Shown: positions 1 to 9,952 of the stretch, piece by piece
Layout: the number at the start of each line of letters is the position of its first letter
How positions within the stretch are numbered: position 1 is the stretch's first letter
Assembly (NCBI GenBank): GCA_964448115.1
Contig: CAYUVA010000001.1
Span: forward strand, 1-64,000
Direction of reading: 5' to 3'
Origin: an uncultured bacterium
GTDB lineage: Bacteria; CAYUVA01
Length of the DNA stretch: 64,000 bases
Position numbers and translations under genes: made by a program
Notes under the pieces: model-generated
Databases searched by the model: none
The model's input: only the letters and a program-made list of their open reading frames with translations
What the model was told of the DNA's origin: nothing

Positions 1-2211
1 GATAGGTACGCGTTGCTGATCACCGCCTCGGTAAACGATATGAGAGGTACGCGGGTAAGCTCCACCGGATATGCCTCGGTCGGTATCATTGACCCGGTGG
101 GAAGCCAGAGCTATATCTCCTTGCATTACTATCCCAAGTCCCCGAAGGTGAGGGATGTGATCATATTGTTCGGGAGGATCTATCCTACCCCGATAGATCC
201 GCTATCAGAGAAGGTCACCATTAGCGCGGTCATGGATGGCGAGATTTACCAACAGCAGGCAGCGGTGGATCGCTTCGGCGCATATTACCTCGACATGAGA
301 CTTCCTGTTGCCGGTACCTTCGAGGTTGAGGCATCCTGGGATGGAGATGAGGTTTATGATCCTGATTCCTCTTTTCCGCTTACCATAACCGTGCAGAAGG
401 GGAAATCTTTCATAAGCCTCAATACCGACATAGAGCCGACGCAGACGCAAGGCAGCCTGTTCGGCAGGGTTTTTCCCCCACCGGCCAGTGGAAGCCCGGT
501 CAATATCTTCTACAGGTTCAGCAGCCTCGATGGCTCCATCGAGTACGACGGCTCAATAGAGGCATATACCGACATCAATACCACCACGCCAGCGCCGGGC
601 AGTTACCGGGTGTCATTCGATCTCGAGGATCTGCCAGTGCCCCAAGTGCCAGGTATCGTCAACGGCTTTGCATATTATCGGGGGAACCAGGATTATGAGG
701 ACTCGCGCAGCCGCATACTGTCCATACCCTGTAACCTGCCCGATGTCGGCAGGGCAATGGTGATAACCGGCTTCAGGGAGAACGCTGGGCAGAATCCATC
801 GGCGATAAATTATCTAGGCAACTATGTTTACCAGACCTTCAGGCTTCAAGGCTTCACCGACGGCGGCATATATTACTTAAGTAGTTTTTATCCTTCGGAT
901 CCAAGGCATGATGCGGTAACCACCTTGGCTGAGATAGACAAGGCGATAAGGGACTGGGCGGGAGGCTCGGTCTCGCCGCAAGTGCCATTGTACATCTACA
1001 TCAATGCGCCTACCGATCAGGATGGAGACTACCTGATCAACCAGGAGGAGACGCTAACTGCCGAGCATCTTGATGATTTGCTCGATGAACTGGTAAATGA
1101 TACTGGCTGTGAGGGGATCTATCTGTTCTTGGATGGTGATAATAGCGGGAATAACCTCCAGGCTCTTTGCGGAACCTATCGCTACCTGTTCAGCCTGGCA
1201 GGGATGGGTAACACAAACTACCTTGCGCAGGGGAAGGTGAGCCTTACCCGCTGGTTCTTCTCTTCTGTGCGCCAAAGAGAGAGCCTCGGCGAGATCGCAG
1301 CCCAGATCGCTTATCTTCTGAGCCAGATCGGAAGGTATATGAACATCAGCGAGCCTCTATTAGAGTCGTTCGAGGGCAATGATGACAACTGCATCCCCAA
1401 CCAGGCAAGCGATATCATAGTACTGCTCGACAAGTACATCGGCTATGCGGTCGGTTCTATGAACTTCGCGCCGTTGATAGAGGGCATTTCGCCCGCTGGT
1501 CATACAGAGACCTATCAGCACCGGAGCTTGATGCGCCGATCTAATGATCCCGACCGGGGCAAGGGAACACAAAACCCTCCGCCGGTGATAAAGACCTCAG
1601 GCACCGAGGGGATCTGGATTCGCTTCGCCGACTTCGAGCACCAGTATCAGCTCGGCAAAGAAGAGGTGCCGGCGCCGGAGCCATTTACCTTTATGGTAAA
1701 TCCGCACGGAGAGCTAAGCTCACTTGATGCTGCCTATCCGCCGATTCTGGTTGAGGATGATAGGTACCTCTACGAGTTACCCGGCAGTCTGTTCGACAGC
1801 GAGGGGATTTATCTATTCTTCAGCGCGTTGTCTGATAACGGGGATAATCTCTCCAACATCGGAATCACCGCTATTTATGCATCCAAGCCGAACAGCAAGC
1901 CGGCGGTGATGTTAGCTGGATATATGGACACCGCACTATCCTCCTCAAGTGGCGGCACTTTGAGTATGATAGCCATTTTCAGCGATGCCGATGGATACCA
2001 GGATCTGCACAGCGCTGAGATTTACTATCAGGGCGTTCCCACCGGCATCAGGATGGATATATGCTCAGCGGGAGCTTTGGGCATGGCTGTACTTGATCTT
2101 CAGATCCCTGCCGGACAGGCACCATTTGGCATTTATAATCTGGAGTGGACATGCCGCGACCTGCAAGGGGCGTTTAGCGACCGCTGGCCTTATCTATGGT
2201 CTGGGGATTGA
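1..2211 (+). CDS. Large surface/secreted protein, 5'-truncated: Ig-like segments, caspase/C13-like domain lacking catalytic residues, C-terminal 'WPYL' domain
   Basis: Frame is open from base 1. Beta-rich Ig-like segments (e.g. VEASWDGDEVY). The central region resembles clan CD (C13/gingipain-like) domains. The C-terminus aligns by eye with that of 22014..24737. Confidence 0.65.
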   Translation, partial: DRYALLITASVNDMRGTRVSSTGYASVGIIDPVGSQSYISLHYYPKSPKVRDVIILFGRIYPTPIDPLSEKVTISAVMDGEIYQQQAAVDRFGAYYLDMRLPVAGTFEVEASWDGDEVYDPDSSFPLTITVQKGKSFISLNTDIEPTQTQGSLFGRVFPPPASGSPVNIFYRFSSLDGSIEYDGSIEAYTDINTTTPAPGSYRVSFDLEDLPVPQVPGIVNGFAYYRGNQDYEDSRSRILSIPCNLPDVGRAMVITGFRENAGQNPSAINYLGNYVYQTFRLQGFTDGGIYYLSSFYPSDPRHDAVTTLAEIDKAIRDWAGGSVSPQVPLYIYINAPTDQDGDYLINQEETLTAEHLDDLLDELVNDTGCEGIYLFLDGDNSGNNLQALCGTYRYLFSLAGMGNTNYLAQGKVSLTRWFFSSVRQRESLGEIAAQIAYLLSQIGRYMNISEPLLESFEGNDDNCIPNQASDIIVLLDKYIGYAVGSMNFAPLIEGISPAGHTETYQHRSLMRRSNDPDRGKGTQNPPPVIKTSGTEGIWIRFADFEHQYQLGKEEVPAPEPFTFMVNPHGELSSLDAAYPPILVEDDRYLYELPGSLFDSEGIYLFFSALSDNGDNLSNIGITAIYASKPNSKPAVMLAGYMDTALSSSSGGTLSMIAIFSDADGYQDLHSAEIYYQGVPTGIRMDICSAGALGMAVLDLQIPAGQAPFGIYNLEWTCRDLQGAFSDRWPYLWSGD

Positions 2212-2339
2212 TCCTTACATGAAACACAATGAAATTTTCAAACCTGACCTCAAGATCGGTTAGGTCCGTAATTCTATGTAATTTCGTCTTTCCAATCATT
2301 GTTTATATGATTCTAATCTCTGATGTCGAGGTGTAATTT

Positions 2340-2602
2340 TTATGGCTGTTCCGCTCTACCTATGAGCTTCCATATCAATTCCGCTGTTTTAGAGTGATCT
2401 TCCTTCATCTCATCATATTCGTATTCCACTGGAGGACCTGGTGGATAACGATCTTCTATATAATACCGTGATGCTTTTTCGCATAGATTTATATAACTAA
2501 GGATGAAATGCGGTTAAGTATAATCTTACTTGGCTGATATTCGCGCATTATTTTCTCGACCATATCGTTGAGCATCTCACGAATTTCTTTCTCATCGATC
2601 AC
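2340..2602 (-). pseudogene. Deletion relic of an MNT (nucleotidyltransferase)-HEPN toxin-antitoxin pair
   Basis: Manual translation: 2602-2489 gives MIDEKEIREMLNDMVEKIMREYQPSKIIL (MNT N-terminus, normally followed by FGS). About 2489-2340 in another frame gives NLCEKASRYYIEDRYPPGPPVEYEYDEMKEDHSKTAELIWKLIGRAEQP* (HEPN C-terminal YxxxRYP motif). Confidence 0.6.
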
Positions 2603-2777
2603 ATCTTAGCCTCTACAAGCCTGGAAATATAGATAGTTTTGAATCTTCAATTATATTATAGAGATTCTATCCTTAAAAAATAAAACCTATGGCGCGCATA
2701 AATCGAGTTTGATTGAAACGCTCGTGGTTCTTACCAGGCTTGATTATCAAGCATAAAAGGGTAATACTTTACTCTTG

Positions 2778-3539
2778 ATGAAGGTAACATTCTTAGGTAC
2801 GGGGACCTCAGCCGGGATACCAGTAATCGGATGTAATTGCGATACTTGCACCTCAAGTAATCCTAAAAATAAACGTTTCCGAACCTCGATTGCGGTCGAA
2901 AACAATGGTAGAGTAATACTGGTCGATACCAGCACCGACCTTCGTATCCAGGCGCTAACCTTCGGTCTAAGGCGGATCGATTCCGTGTTTTTCACTCACC
3001 ATCATGCGGATCATACGCACGGCATCGATGACCTCCGTCCTTTCAACATCATCAAAGGTGAGCCTATCCAGTGTTATGGAGATAAGAAAACTCTTGGCGA
3101 GATTAGGTCTTCGTTTGGCTATATCTTCGATCGCAAACCCTGGGATAGCTGGAAGCCAACCCTTGAGTTGATCGAGATCGTACAACCGATATCGCTGTAT
3201 GACATGAAGATAACCCCGGTAGCGATCAAACACGGCTATGACACCATTTTAGGCTTCAGGTTCGACGATTTCGCTTACCTGACCGATTGCAGCTCCATCC
3301 CGGATGAATCCATGCCACTATTGGGAGATTTGAAGGTGCTTGTTCTTTCAGCGCTAAGGGATGAGCCCCCGCATCGAAATCACCTTACCTTGAAGCAGGC
3401 GGTATGCCTTGCCCAGAGGATCGCAGCCGGGCGAACCTATTTCATCCACATGACCCATAGCCTGGAGCACGAAAGCACCAACCGGATGCTCCCTCCAACC
3501 ATGGAACTTGCTTATGATGGATTGATATTAAACCTATGA
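2778..3539 (+). CDS. MBL-fold metallo-hydrolase, PhnP-like phosphodiesterase
   Basis: GTGTSAGIPVIGCNCDTC N-terminus, THHHADHTHG metal motif, HMTH and AYDG C-terminal motifs. Confidence 0.9.
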   Translation: MKVTFLGTGTSAGIPVIGCNCDTCTSSNPKNKRFRTSIAVENNGRVILVDTSTDLRIQALTFGLRRIDSVFFTHHHADHTHGIDDLRPFNIIKGEPIQCYGDKKTLGEIRSSFGYIFDRKPWDSWKPTLELIEIVQPISLYDMKITPVAIKHGYDTILGFRFDDFAYLTDCSSIPDESMPLLGDLKVLVLSALRDEPPHRNHLTLKQAVCLAQRIAAGRTYFIHMTHSLEHESTNRMLPPTMELAYDGLILNL

Positions 3540-3546
3540 GAAAGAG

Positions 3547-4266
3547 ATGATCCAGGTAAGCAAAGTAAAGAAATATCTTGGCGCCAAGGAGGTTATAAAA
3601 GGGATATCCTTCGGGGCTGAACAGGGGCAGATACTGGGATTGCTGGGACCTAATGGCGCCGGCAAGACCACGCTTTTGAGGCTGCTTGCCGGCTACTTTT
3701 ATCCAGATCAGGGCGAGATCATCATCGGGGAACGCTCATACAAGAAAAATCCACGACAATTCAGGGACCTGGTCGGGTATCTTGCGGAGAACCCGTCGCT
3801 TTATTCTGATATGACTGTCCAGGGCATCATATATTACTTTGCTAGGCTCGCTGGACTGAAAAGGAACCATGCCAGGAATCGCTGCCAGGAGCTAGTAGAA
3901 CGCCTTGATCTCGAGACCTGGCGCAAGCGACCTATCTTCAAGCTCTCCCGAGGCACCAGGCAGAGGGTCGCTTTAGCTATTGCCTTGGTAAACGATCCGC
4001 CTGTGCTTTTGCTCGATGAGCCGACCACGGGACTCGACCCCTTGCAGGTTCAGCAGTTCAGAAAACTACTTTTGAGCCTGCAAAAAAGTAAGACCATAGT
4101 ATTCTCCACACATATTCTCGACGAGGTGGCTAGGATTTGCGATCATGCCCTTATCATCGACCAGGGAGATCTGATTGGAGAGCTTAGCGCAGAGGAGATC
4201 GAATCCAACAAGCTCGAAGAGTTATTCCTGGAAAGACTGCGCGCCAAGGGGATGAGACGGGAATGA
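3547..4266 (+). CDS. ABC transporter ATP-binding protein (GldA-like)
   Basis: Walker A GPNGAGKTT, LSRG signature, Walker B LLLDEPT, H-loop STH. Confidence 0.92.
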   Translation: MIQVSKVKKYLGAKEVIKGISFGAEQGQILGLLGPNGAGKTTLLRLLAGYFYPDQGEIIIGERSYKKNPRQFRDLVGYLAENPSLYSDMTVQGIIYYFARLAGLKRNHARNRCQELVERLDLETWRKRPIFKLSRGTRQRVALAIALVNDPPVLLLDEPTTGLDPLQVQQFRKLLLSLQKSKTIVFSTHILDEVARICDHALIIDQGDLIGELSAEEIESNKLEELFLERLRAKGMRRE

Positions 4267-4979
4267 GCAGAGCGATGCTGATCGCCAGAAGGGAGCTTAC
4301 CTCCATGGCGACCTCTCCTTATTATCTGCTCGTTTCTGCTCTGTTCTTCTTCGTTTGCGGCATCTTCTTTTCACTGCTAGTATTCTATGGTTCCTCGACC
4401 GATCTGAGGGATCTATACCTGCATGTTAATCTGATCATCCTGCTTTTGACTCCCATCATCTCGACTCGGCTTATCACCCAGGAGGTCAGCTCCGGCACTT
4501 TCGAATTCCTATTCACCTCGAGCGCGAGCGAATGGGAGATCTTGCTCGGGAAATATACAGCCGGTTCAATATTCTTGAGCCTCCTTAGTATATTGACCGG
4601 ATTTTATCCATTTTTGCTTACCGTCTATGCCCAGTTTCCATTGGACATTAACCCGGTGCTAACTGCCCATGTCGGCTTGATCCTGTGGTCTTTTGCATAT
4701 ATGAGCGTCGGTGTATTCACCTCCTGCATCTCTAGAAGCCAGGTGCTTGCCGCGGTTTCTGGGTTCGCGATGCTGCTTTTGTTCATCATGTTCGACTACA
4801 TCGGGGATCTTCTTAAGGTGCCTTACAAATGGGTGGTTAGATACCTCTCCCTGTGGCTGCACTACGAGGGCTTTGCCAAGGGGCTGATCGATCTGAGAAA
4901 CCTGTTGTACCCGATCAGTGTGATCATGGTGTTTTTATTTTTGGGATATGCAAGCCTGTTGAGGAAGCGATGGGGCTGA
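4263..4979 (+). CDS. ABC-2 type permease (GldF-like)
   Basis: About six TM helices, IARREL N-terminus, E..SGTFEFLFT and ILLGKY motifs; overlaps the ATPase stop. Confidence 0.88.
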   Translation: MSRAMLIARRELTSMATSPYYLLVSALFFFVCGIFFSLLVFYGSSTDLRDLYLHVNLIILLLTPIISTRLITQEVSSGTFEFLFTSSASEWEILLGKYTAGSIFLSLLSILTGFYPFLLTVYAQFPLDINPVLTAHVGLILWSFAYMSVGVFTSCISRSQVLAAVSGFAMLLLFIMFDYIGDLLKVPYKWVVRYLSLWLHYEGFAKGLIDLRNLLYPISVIMVFLFLGYASLLRKRWG

Positions 4980-6304
4980 GAACAAGCATAAATCTATGCA
5001 TAAGCGTATTTTTGCTTGTCTTAATCCTGGCTGGGATAAATCTTATCGCCACCATGCACCAGGTGCGCTATGACTTCACTAGGAACGATATTTTCTCCCT
5101 GAGTGATTATACCAAGAATGTATTGTCTCGGCTGGATAATAGCGACATCCGCTTGACCTTTTATTGCTTCTTCGAGGAGGGCGATGCATTGAAACAGGAG
5201 GCAGAGGATCTGCTCAGCGAGTACGATCGCATCTGTTCAAATATCAAGCTTCGTTGCATCGACCCCACCATGGAGCCGGGCATAGCCGCCAGGTTCAATG
5301 TAACCGAGAAGCGGGCAGTCATCCTGAGCGATCGCAAGACATATCGCAGCGCACTTAACCTATCCGAGCTGGAATACACCCGACTCATCTTGAGATACCT
5401 GGAGCCGACCCCCAAAAAGATATATTTCACTAGTGGGCACGGCGAGTACGAGATAGATGAGAAAAGCGAATCCGGCTACAGTTATACGCTGGCTAATGCG
5501 GCTTGCCAGGCTTATGGATACCAGGTGTCCAAACTGCTATTATTCCGAGAACCCTTAATTCCCAAGAATGCCAGTTGCTTGATCATCCCCGGGGCTAAAA
5601 CCAGGTTCACCGAGGCGGAAATGCAAGCAGTGAAAGACTATATCAATCGTGGTGGCAGTATTCTAATCATGCTAGAGCCGCCCCCTTGTCCATCTTTTAA
5701 TGAGATCCTAAGCCTGTTCGGCATTCAGAGTGGGTTAAGCATGTTGATCGACGCAGAGAGTCACCTTGCCAAGGACGAGCTGACCCCGCTGCAAAGCAGC
5801 TATATAAGCCATCATATAACCCGCAACCTGGGCATGACCTTCTTTCCCACAGCTCGTCCACTGTTCACCATGAAGGACAATCCAGCGGGATCTCATCCAT
5901 TGATATTAGCGCAAAGCTCGAAAAGTAGCTGGGGCGAGAAGGATTTCAACATTATACGCTTCGACCTCGATGTTGATACGCTTGGCCCCATGGGCATGAT
6001 CGCAATATCAACCCTTGAGCTTCCAGGAAGCAAAAAATCGAGGTTGGTTGCCTTATGCGACAGCGATTTTTGCACCGACGGTTGTTTCACTAATTACTCG
6101 AACGGAATGCTGTTTTTGGGAGCGGTAGCTTGGCTGACCTCCAACGATGAACTCTTAGAGCATATACCTCAATCTCCGACACCGAAGCTGATAGTTCTGC
6201 CAAATAAGATCTTGAAATCTGTGATAATCTCATCTATATTTACATTACCAGGCTTGATGATAGGCTTGGCGATAATAGCCTGGTTAATTCGCAGAAGCAG
6301 GTAG
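4970..6304 (+). CDS. GldG-family ABC-type uncharacterized transport auxiliary component
   Basis: N-terminal TM, DFT....FSLS..T motif, YFTSGHGE, DSDF, C-terminal TM. Start moved to ATG 4970 (MGLRTSINL), which overlaps the permease end. Confidence 0.85.
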   Translation: MGLRTSINLCISVFLLVLILAGINLIATMHQVRYDFTRNDIFSLSDYTKNVLSRLDNSDIRLTFYCFFEEGDALKQEAEDLLSEYDRICSNIKLRCIDPTMEPGIAARFNVTEKRAVILSDRKTYRSALNLSELEYTRLILRYLEPTPKKIYFTSGHGEYEIDEKSESGYSYTLANAACQAYGYQVSKLLLFREPLIPKNASCLIIPGAKTRFTEAEMQAVKDYINRGGSILIMLEPPPCPSFNEILSLFGIQSGLSMLIDAESHLAKDELTPLQSSYISHHITRNLGMTFFPTARPLFTMKDNPAGSHPLILAQSSKSSWGEKDFNIIRFDLDVDTLGPMGMIAISTLELPGSKKSRLVALCDSDFCTDGCFTNYSNGMLFLGAVAWLTSNDELLEHIPQSPTPKLIVLPNKILKSVIISSIFTLPGLMIGLAIIAWLIRRSR

Positions 6305-6314
6305 GCAGGATATC

Positions 6315-7442
6315 ATGTCCAACGAGGTAAAAGAGGAGAGCACATCACCTGTCGATCTGTTCGATGATGTAGTAACCCCGATACTTCATAGTCTCCTGGT
6401 CAACGATCTACCAGCGATACGCAGGGAGGCGCTGGTCGCACTAGGCAAGGTGGCTACCGAACAGAGCCTCGATCTATTGCTTCATATCGCCGGGAGCTTC
6501 GATAGCGACCTGCGCTCTTATGGTTGTTATGCTCTCGGTTTCTTCGGTTCAGCTCGTGCCAAACCCATATTACACGAGGCGATCAAGGAGGAATATGATA
6601 TTTATCTAGTCTTTGCTGCTGCGGAAAGCCTTACCAGGCTGGACGATCCCTGCGGCTTGGATTATCTGTTGGAGGGACTTGACAGAAAAGGCATAAAAAG
6701 ACGAATAAAAACAATCAAGGTACTCGGTGAGCTTGGACAAGAGAAGCTGATCGAGGTGGATATACTGAAGCGACTGCGAGAGCTGTTGCACATAGAGTGC
6801 TACGAGCAGGTGCGAAAAGAGATCGTCCGTAGCCTCGGAAAGATCGGAACAAACCAGGCAGCAAATATATTGATTGAAGCCCTGGATGATGAGGACATGA
6901 ATGTCAAATCCGAGGCGGCGTTATGGCTGGGCAGGATCGGGGATTCGCGACAACGAGCGACCCTATTAAAGATCGCTTATAAGAAGAACCTCGCGGGAAT
7001 AACCGCAACCGGTGGGTTGCTCAATGATGATCAAAATAAAGCCTTTGAGTTTCTTAATAAACTCAAGAAAGGCAAAGATCCGCTGCTATCATTTTACTGC
7101 GATAAGATTTTACTCGAATTCGGGATGGGAAAAGACCTGAAAAGACTGAAAAGATATATTGACAATCAACGGTTCTACTACAACGCCCTTGAGGCTCTAA
7201 AGGAGTTATCCAGCCCTGATCTTAGCGATGAGCTGAAGGGAATGTGCACCAATGAAGATCCAGCTATCTCCCTAGCCGCCTATCAAGGACTGGTAAACAT
7301 CTACATCAATAATCCTTCGAGCAGCGCTCTTATGGAGATGCTTTCCTGGGTTAAAAACGACTCGCCAGAGGTAAGACTCCTTGCCACAAAGGCAATCGGC
7401 GATCTCTCATACACGATTCGTCGCCAGGTAACATCCCCTTGA
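6315..7442 (+). CDS. HEAT-repeat protein
   Basis: Repeated VR..A..ALG.I units (IRREALVALGKV, VRKEIVRSLGKI, VKSEAALWLGRI). Confidence 0.85.
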   Translation: MSNEVKEESTSPVDLFDDVVTPILHSLLVNDLPAIRREALVALGKVATEQSLDLLLHIAGSFDSDLRSYGCYALGFFGSARAKPILHEAIKEEYDIYLVFAAAESLTRLDDPCGLDYLLEGLDRKGIKRRIKTIKVLGELGQEKLIEVDILKRLRELLHIECYEQVRKEIVRSLGKIGTNQAANILIEALDDEDMNVKSEAALWLGRIGDSRQRATLLKIAYKKNLAGITATGGLLNDDQNKAFEFLNKLKKGKDPLLSFYCDKILLEFGMGKDLKRLKRYIDNQRFYYNALEALKELSSPDLSDELKGMCTNEDPAISLAAYQGLVNIYINNPSSSALMEMLSWVKNDSPEVRLLATKAIGDLSYTIRRQVTSP

Positions 7443-9037
7443 TGCCATCAAGACACCTCCAAAAGGATCGAGCATCCGTAGTCAATCATGCGATATTGCT
7501 TGCAATATTATCGCTTGCTGCATATCTGCGGATCTACGGCTTGGATCTTATAGAGTTCAAGGCTGATGAGGCAGATACCCTGCTCAGGGTGCAGGCTATT
7601 TATGAGGGCAAAGGTTTTGAATACTTGGGTGCGGAGCTTATAGTCGATGCTCGATTGCCTTCTTCATTGTATTATTACATATTGCTCATACCACGGGTAA
7701 TAAGTGGTGATCCAAGAGTGTTCACCCTGTTCATCGCCCTTTTCAATATAGCCTCGGTTTACCTTGTTTACATTTTAGCCTTATGCATCTACAACCATAG
7801 ATTCACCGGGCTGCTGGCAGCAGCCATTTATAGCTCACTACCCTGGGCGGTGCTTTTTTCGAGAAAGATCTGGAATCCGGAGCTGGTGCCCTTCTTCGTT
7901 ATACTAGCCATGATCTGGCTAATAAAGGGTGCAAGGCAGAGAACAGGGCACCTGGCGATGCCATCGGTCTTGTCGATGCTCATCGCCCTGAATCTGCATC
8001 CGTCCATGCTGAATGTGCTCCCGGTTTACCTGGTGATGTTGATCGCGTTCAGCAAAAGGGTGGGAAGAAGATGGGTAATCATGAGCTTGGTGATCGCACT
8101 ATTTTTACAAGCCGCAATATTTATTCCCGATCTGGTCAACGGTGCTGAAAATACAAAAGCCTTAATCAGTGGACTATTCGTCAAGGGTGGAGAATTCGTG
8201 CCCCGCTGGGAGGGGATCGACTCCATGATGAGATTTCTCAGTGCTGATGGAATCTCCAGCATCATAGCGGGTAACCAGATGAGTGGATTCTTTTTCTCAA
8301 AGGCTTATATCACCCTCTGGAAACTCATCTTTTTACTATCTATTCTGTGGGGGTCATTCGAGGGATATGCATATCTCAAGTATGGTAAGCAAAGATCCTC
8401 GACTGATGAAGACCAACTAGGTAACCAGCTCGGCTTTTTTGTTTTTTTATGGCTGATTGTACCGGTATTCATTAACTGCCTGATCAGGGATTTCGTAGCT
8501 CTGCACTATAACCTGCCAGCGATACCGGCAGCTATGCTGCTGATGGGAAGGGCATCTGCTGCGCCAATAAAGGCGCTATCAAATACAAGATACAAGATCA
8601 TCGGGACCGTAACCGGTGTGATAATCCTTGTCGCTGTAGCTTTGAACGCAATGTTAATAATCGAGTTGGCTCACTTTCTAGATGCCAGCGGTGGAGTTGC
8701 CGGCAGCTACTATCGAAATTACGGCACCATTTACAGGCACAAGGCTGATGCAACTAGCTTCATTGTCGAGCTGGCTTGCATGAAAAAAGCGAAAATGATA
8801 GTCAGCCATAGCTTCAGGTTTGACTCCCCGCCTAGAAAGGAATATCAATACCTTCTGGATTACTACCTTGCCAGAAAGGGGGATGATTGCCTGCCTCAAG
8901 GTAACCTAAGATTAGGCTTTGTTATCATAAACACCCATTATTCCCAGCTTTCAGAGGCTCAAGAAATGCAGTTGTCTGATATTACATGCGCCACCTTCGG
9001 ACCTGTTCGAGTCTATTATTTCCCCTTGCAGCAGTAG
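7442..9037 (+). CDS. ArnT/PMT-like (GT-C fold) membrane glycosyltransferase
   Basis: LRIYGL...FKADEA N-terminal loop motif, many TM helices, SRKIWNP motif. Confidence 0.78.
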   Translation: MPSRHLQKDRASVVNHAILLAILSLAAYLRIYGLDLIEFKADEADTLLRVQAIYEGKGFEYLGAELIVDARLPSSLYYYILLIPRVISGDPRVFTLFIALFNIASVYLVYILALCIYNHRFTGLLAAAIYSSLPWAVLFSRKIWNPELVPFFVILAMIWLIKGARQRTGHLAMPSVLSMLIALNLHPSMLNVLPVYLVMLIAFSKRVGRRWVIMSLVIALFLQAAIFIPDLVNGAENTKALISGLFVKGGEFVPRWEGIDSMMRFLSADGISSIIAGNQMSGFFFSKAYITLWKLIFLLSILWGSFEGYAYLKYGKQRSSTDEDQLGNQLGFFVFLWLIVPVFINCLIRDFVALHYNLPAIPAAMLLMGRASAAPIKALSNTRYKIIGTVTGVIILVAVALNAMLIIELAHFLDASGGVAGSYYRNYGTIYRHKADATSFIVELACMKKAKMIVSHSFRFDSPPRKEYQYLLDYYLARKGDDCLPQGNLRLGFVIINTHYSQLSEAQEMQLSDITCATFGPVRVYYFPLQQ

Positions 9038-9148
9038 GCAGCATTAAACATAGATTATTCCTCTTGCGACTAGTTTTCATCAATCACAGCAGAGATAAAG
9101 GCAGCCCTATAGCAAGGTTGTCATCGGATCTATATTTTATTATAATTT

Positions 9149-9913
9149 ATGGATCGGAAAATGGACTTGGATGAGCTAAGAAAGCTGCTGCTATCGGTAA
9201 AGGACAACACGATAGAAATCGAGGACGCCCTGATGCGTCTCAAGCACCTTCCCTTCGACTATCTCGGCTATGCACATGTAGATCGACATCGGCTGCTTCG
9301 CCATGGCTTCCCAGAGGTGATCTTCGGTGAGGGGAAATCCCCTGAACAGATACTCGGTATCGTAAAGAGTCTTGAGGTAGATGGAGCTGATATACTGATT
9401 ACCCGCACTGATACCGAGACATTCACTTTACTTGATGACGGCAAAAGGAAGGCAATTTTCCACGAGCATGCTCGCTGCGTAGTAGTGAAAAACAAGCCGG
9501 AGCAAGAACTGGTCGGCAATATACTGGTCATCACCGCTGGAACCCTGGATATACCAGTAGCCGAGGAGGCAGCGGTTACCTCGGAGACAATGGGAAACAA
9601 GGTGGTGCGTGTCTATGATGTCGGCGTTGCTGGTATCCATCGCATATTGGCGCAGCGAGAGAAACTAGAGGCTGCCAACGCTATTATAGTAGTTGCAGGG
9701 ATGGAGGGAGCATTACCTAGCGTGGTCGGCGGATTGATCGACAAGCCGGTCATTGCAGTGCCGACCAGCGTAGGATATGGCATGAGTTTAGGCGGATTGG
9801 CTGCTCTTTTAGGGATGCTCAACTCCTGTGCGCCGAATGTCTCGGTGGTCAACATAGACAATGGCTTCGGCGCAGGTTACATTTGCAGCTTGATAAATAA
9901 AAAGGTTTGCTGA
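9149..9913 (+). CDS. larB: Nickel pincer cofactor biosynthesis protein LarB (PurE-like)
   Basis: GFPEVIFGEGK, AGTLD.PVAEEA, DVGVAGIHR, AGMEGALPSVVGGL, PTSVGYG, VVNIDNGFGA. Confidence 0.93.
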   Translation: MDRKMDLDELRKLLLSVKDNTIEIEDALMRLKHLPFDYLGYAHVDRHRLLRHGFPEVIFGEGKSPEQILGIVKSLEVDGADILITRTDTETFTLLDDGKRKAIFHEHARCVVVKNKPEQELVGNILVITAGTLDIPVAEEAAVTSETMGNKVVRVYDVGVAGIHRILAQREKLEAANAIIVVAGMEGALPSVVGGLIDKPVIAVPTSVGYGMSLGGLAALLGMLNSCAPNVSVVNIDNGFGAGYICSLINKKVC

Positions 9914-9952
9914 TATACTCGAATGCAAATTCCTTATGGGGAGGAATGCTTA

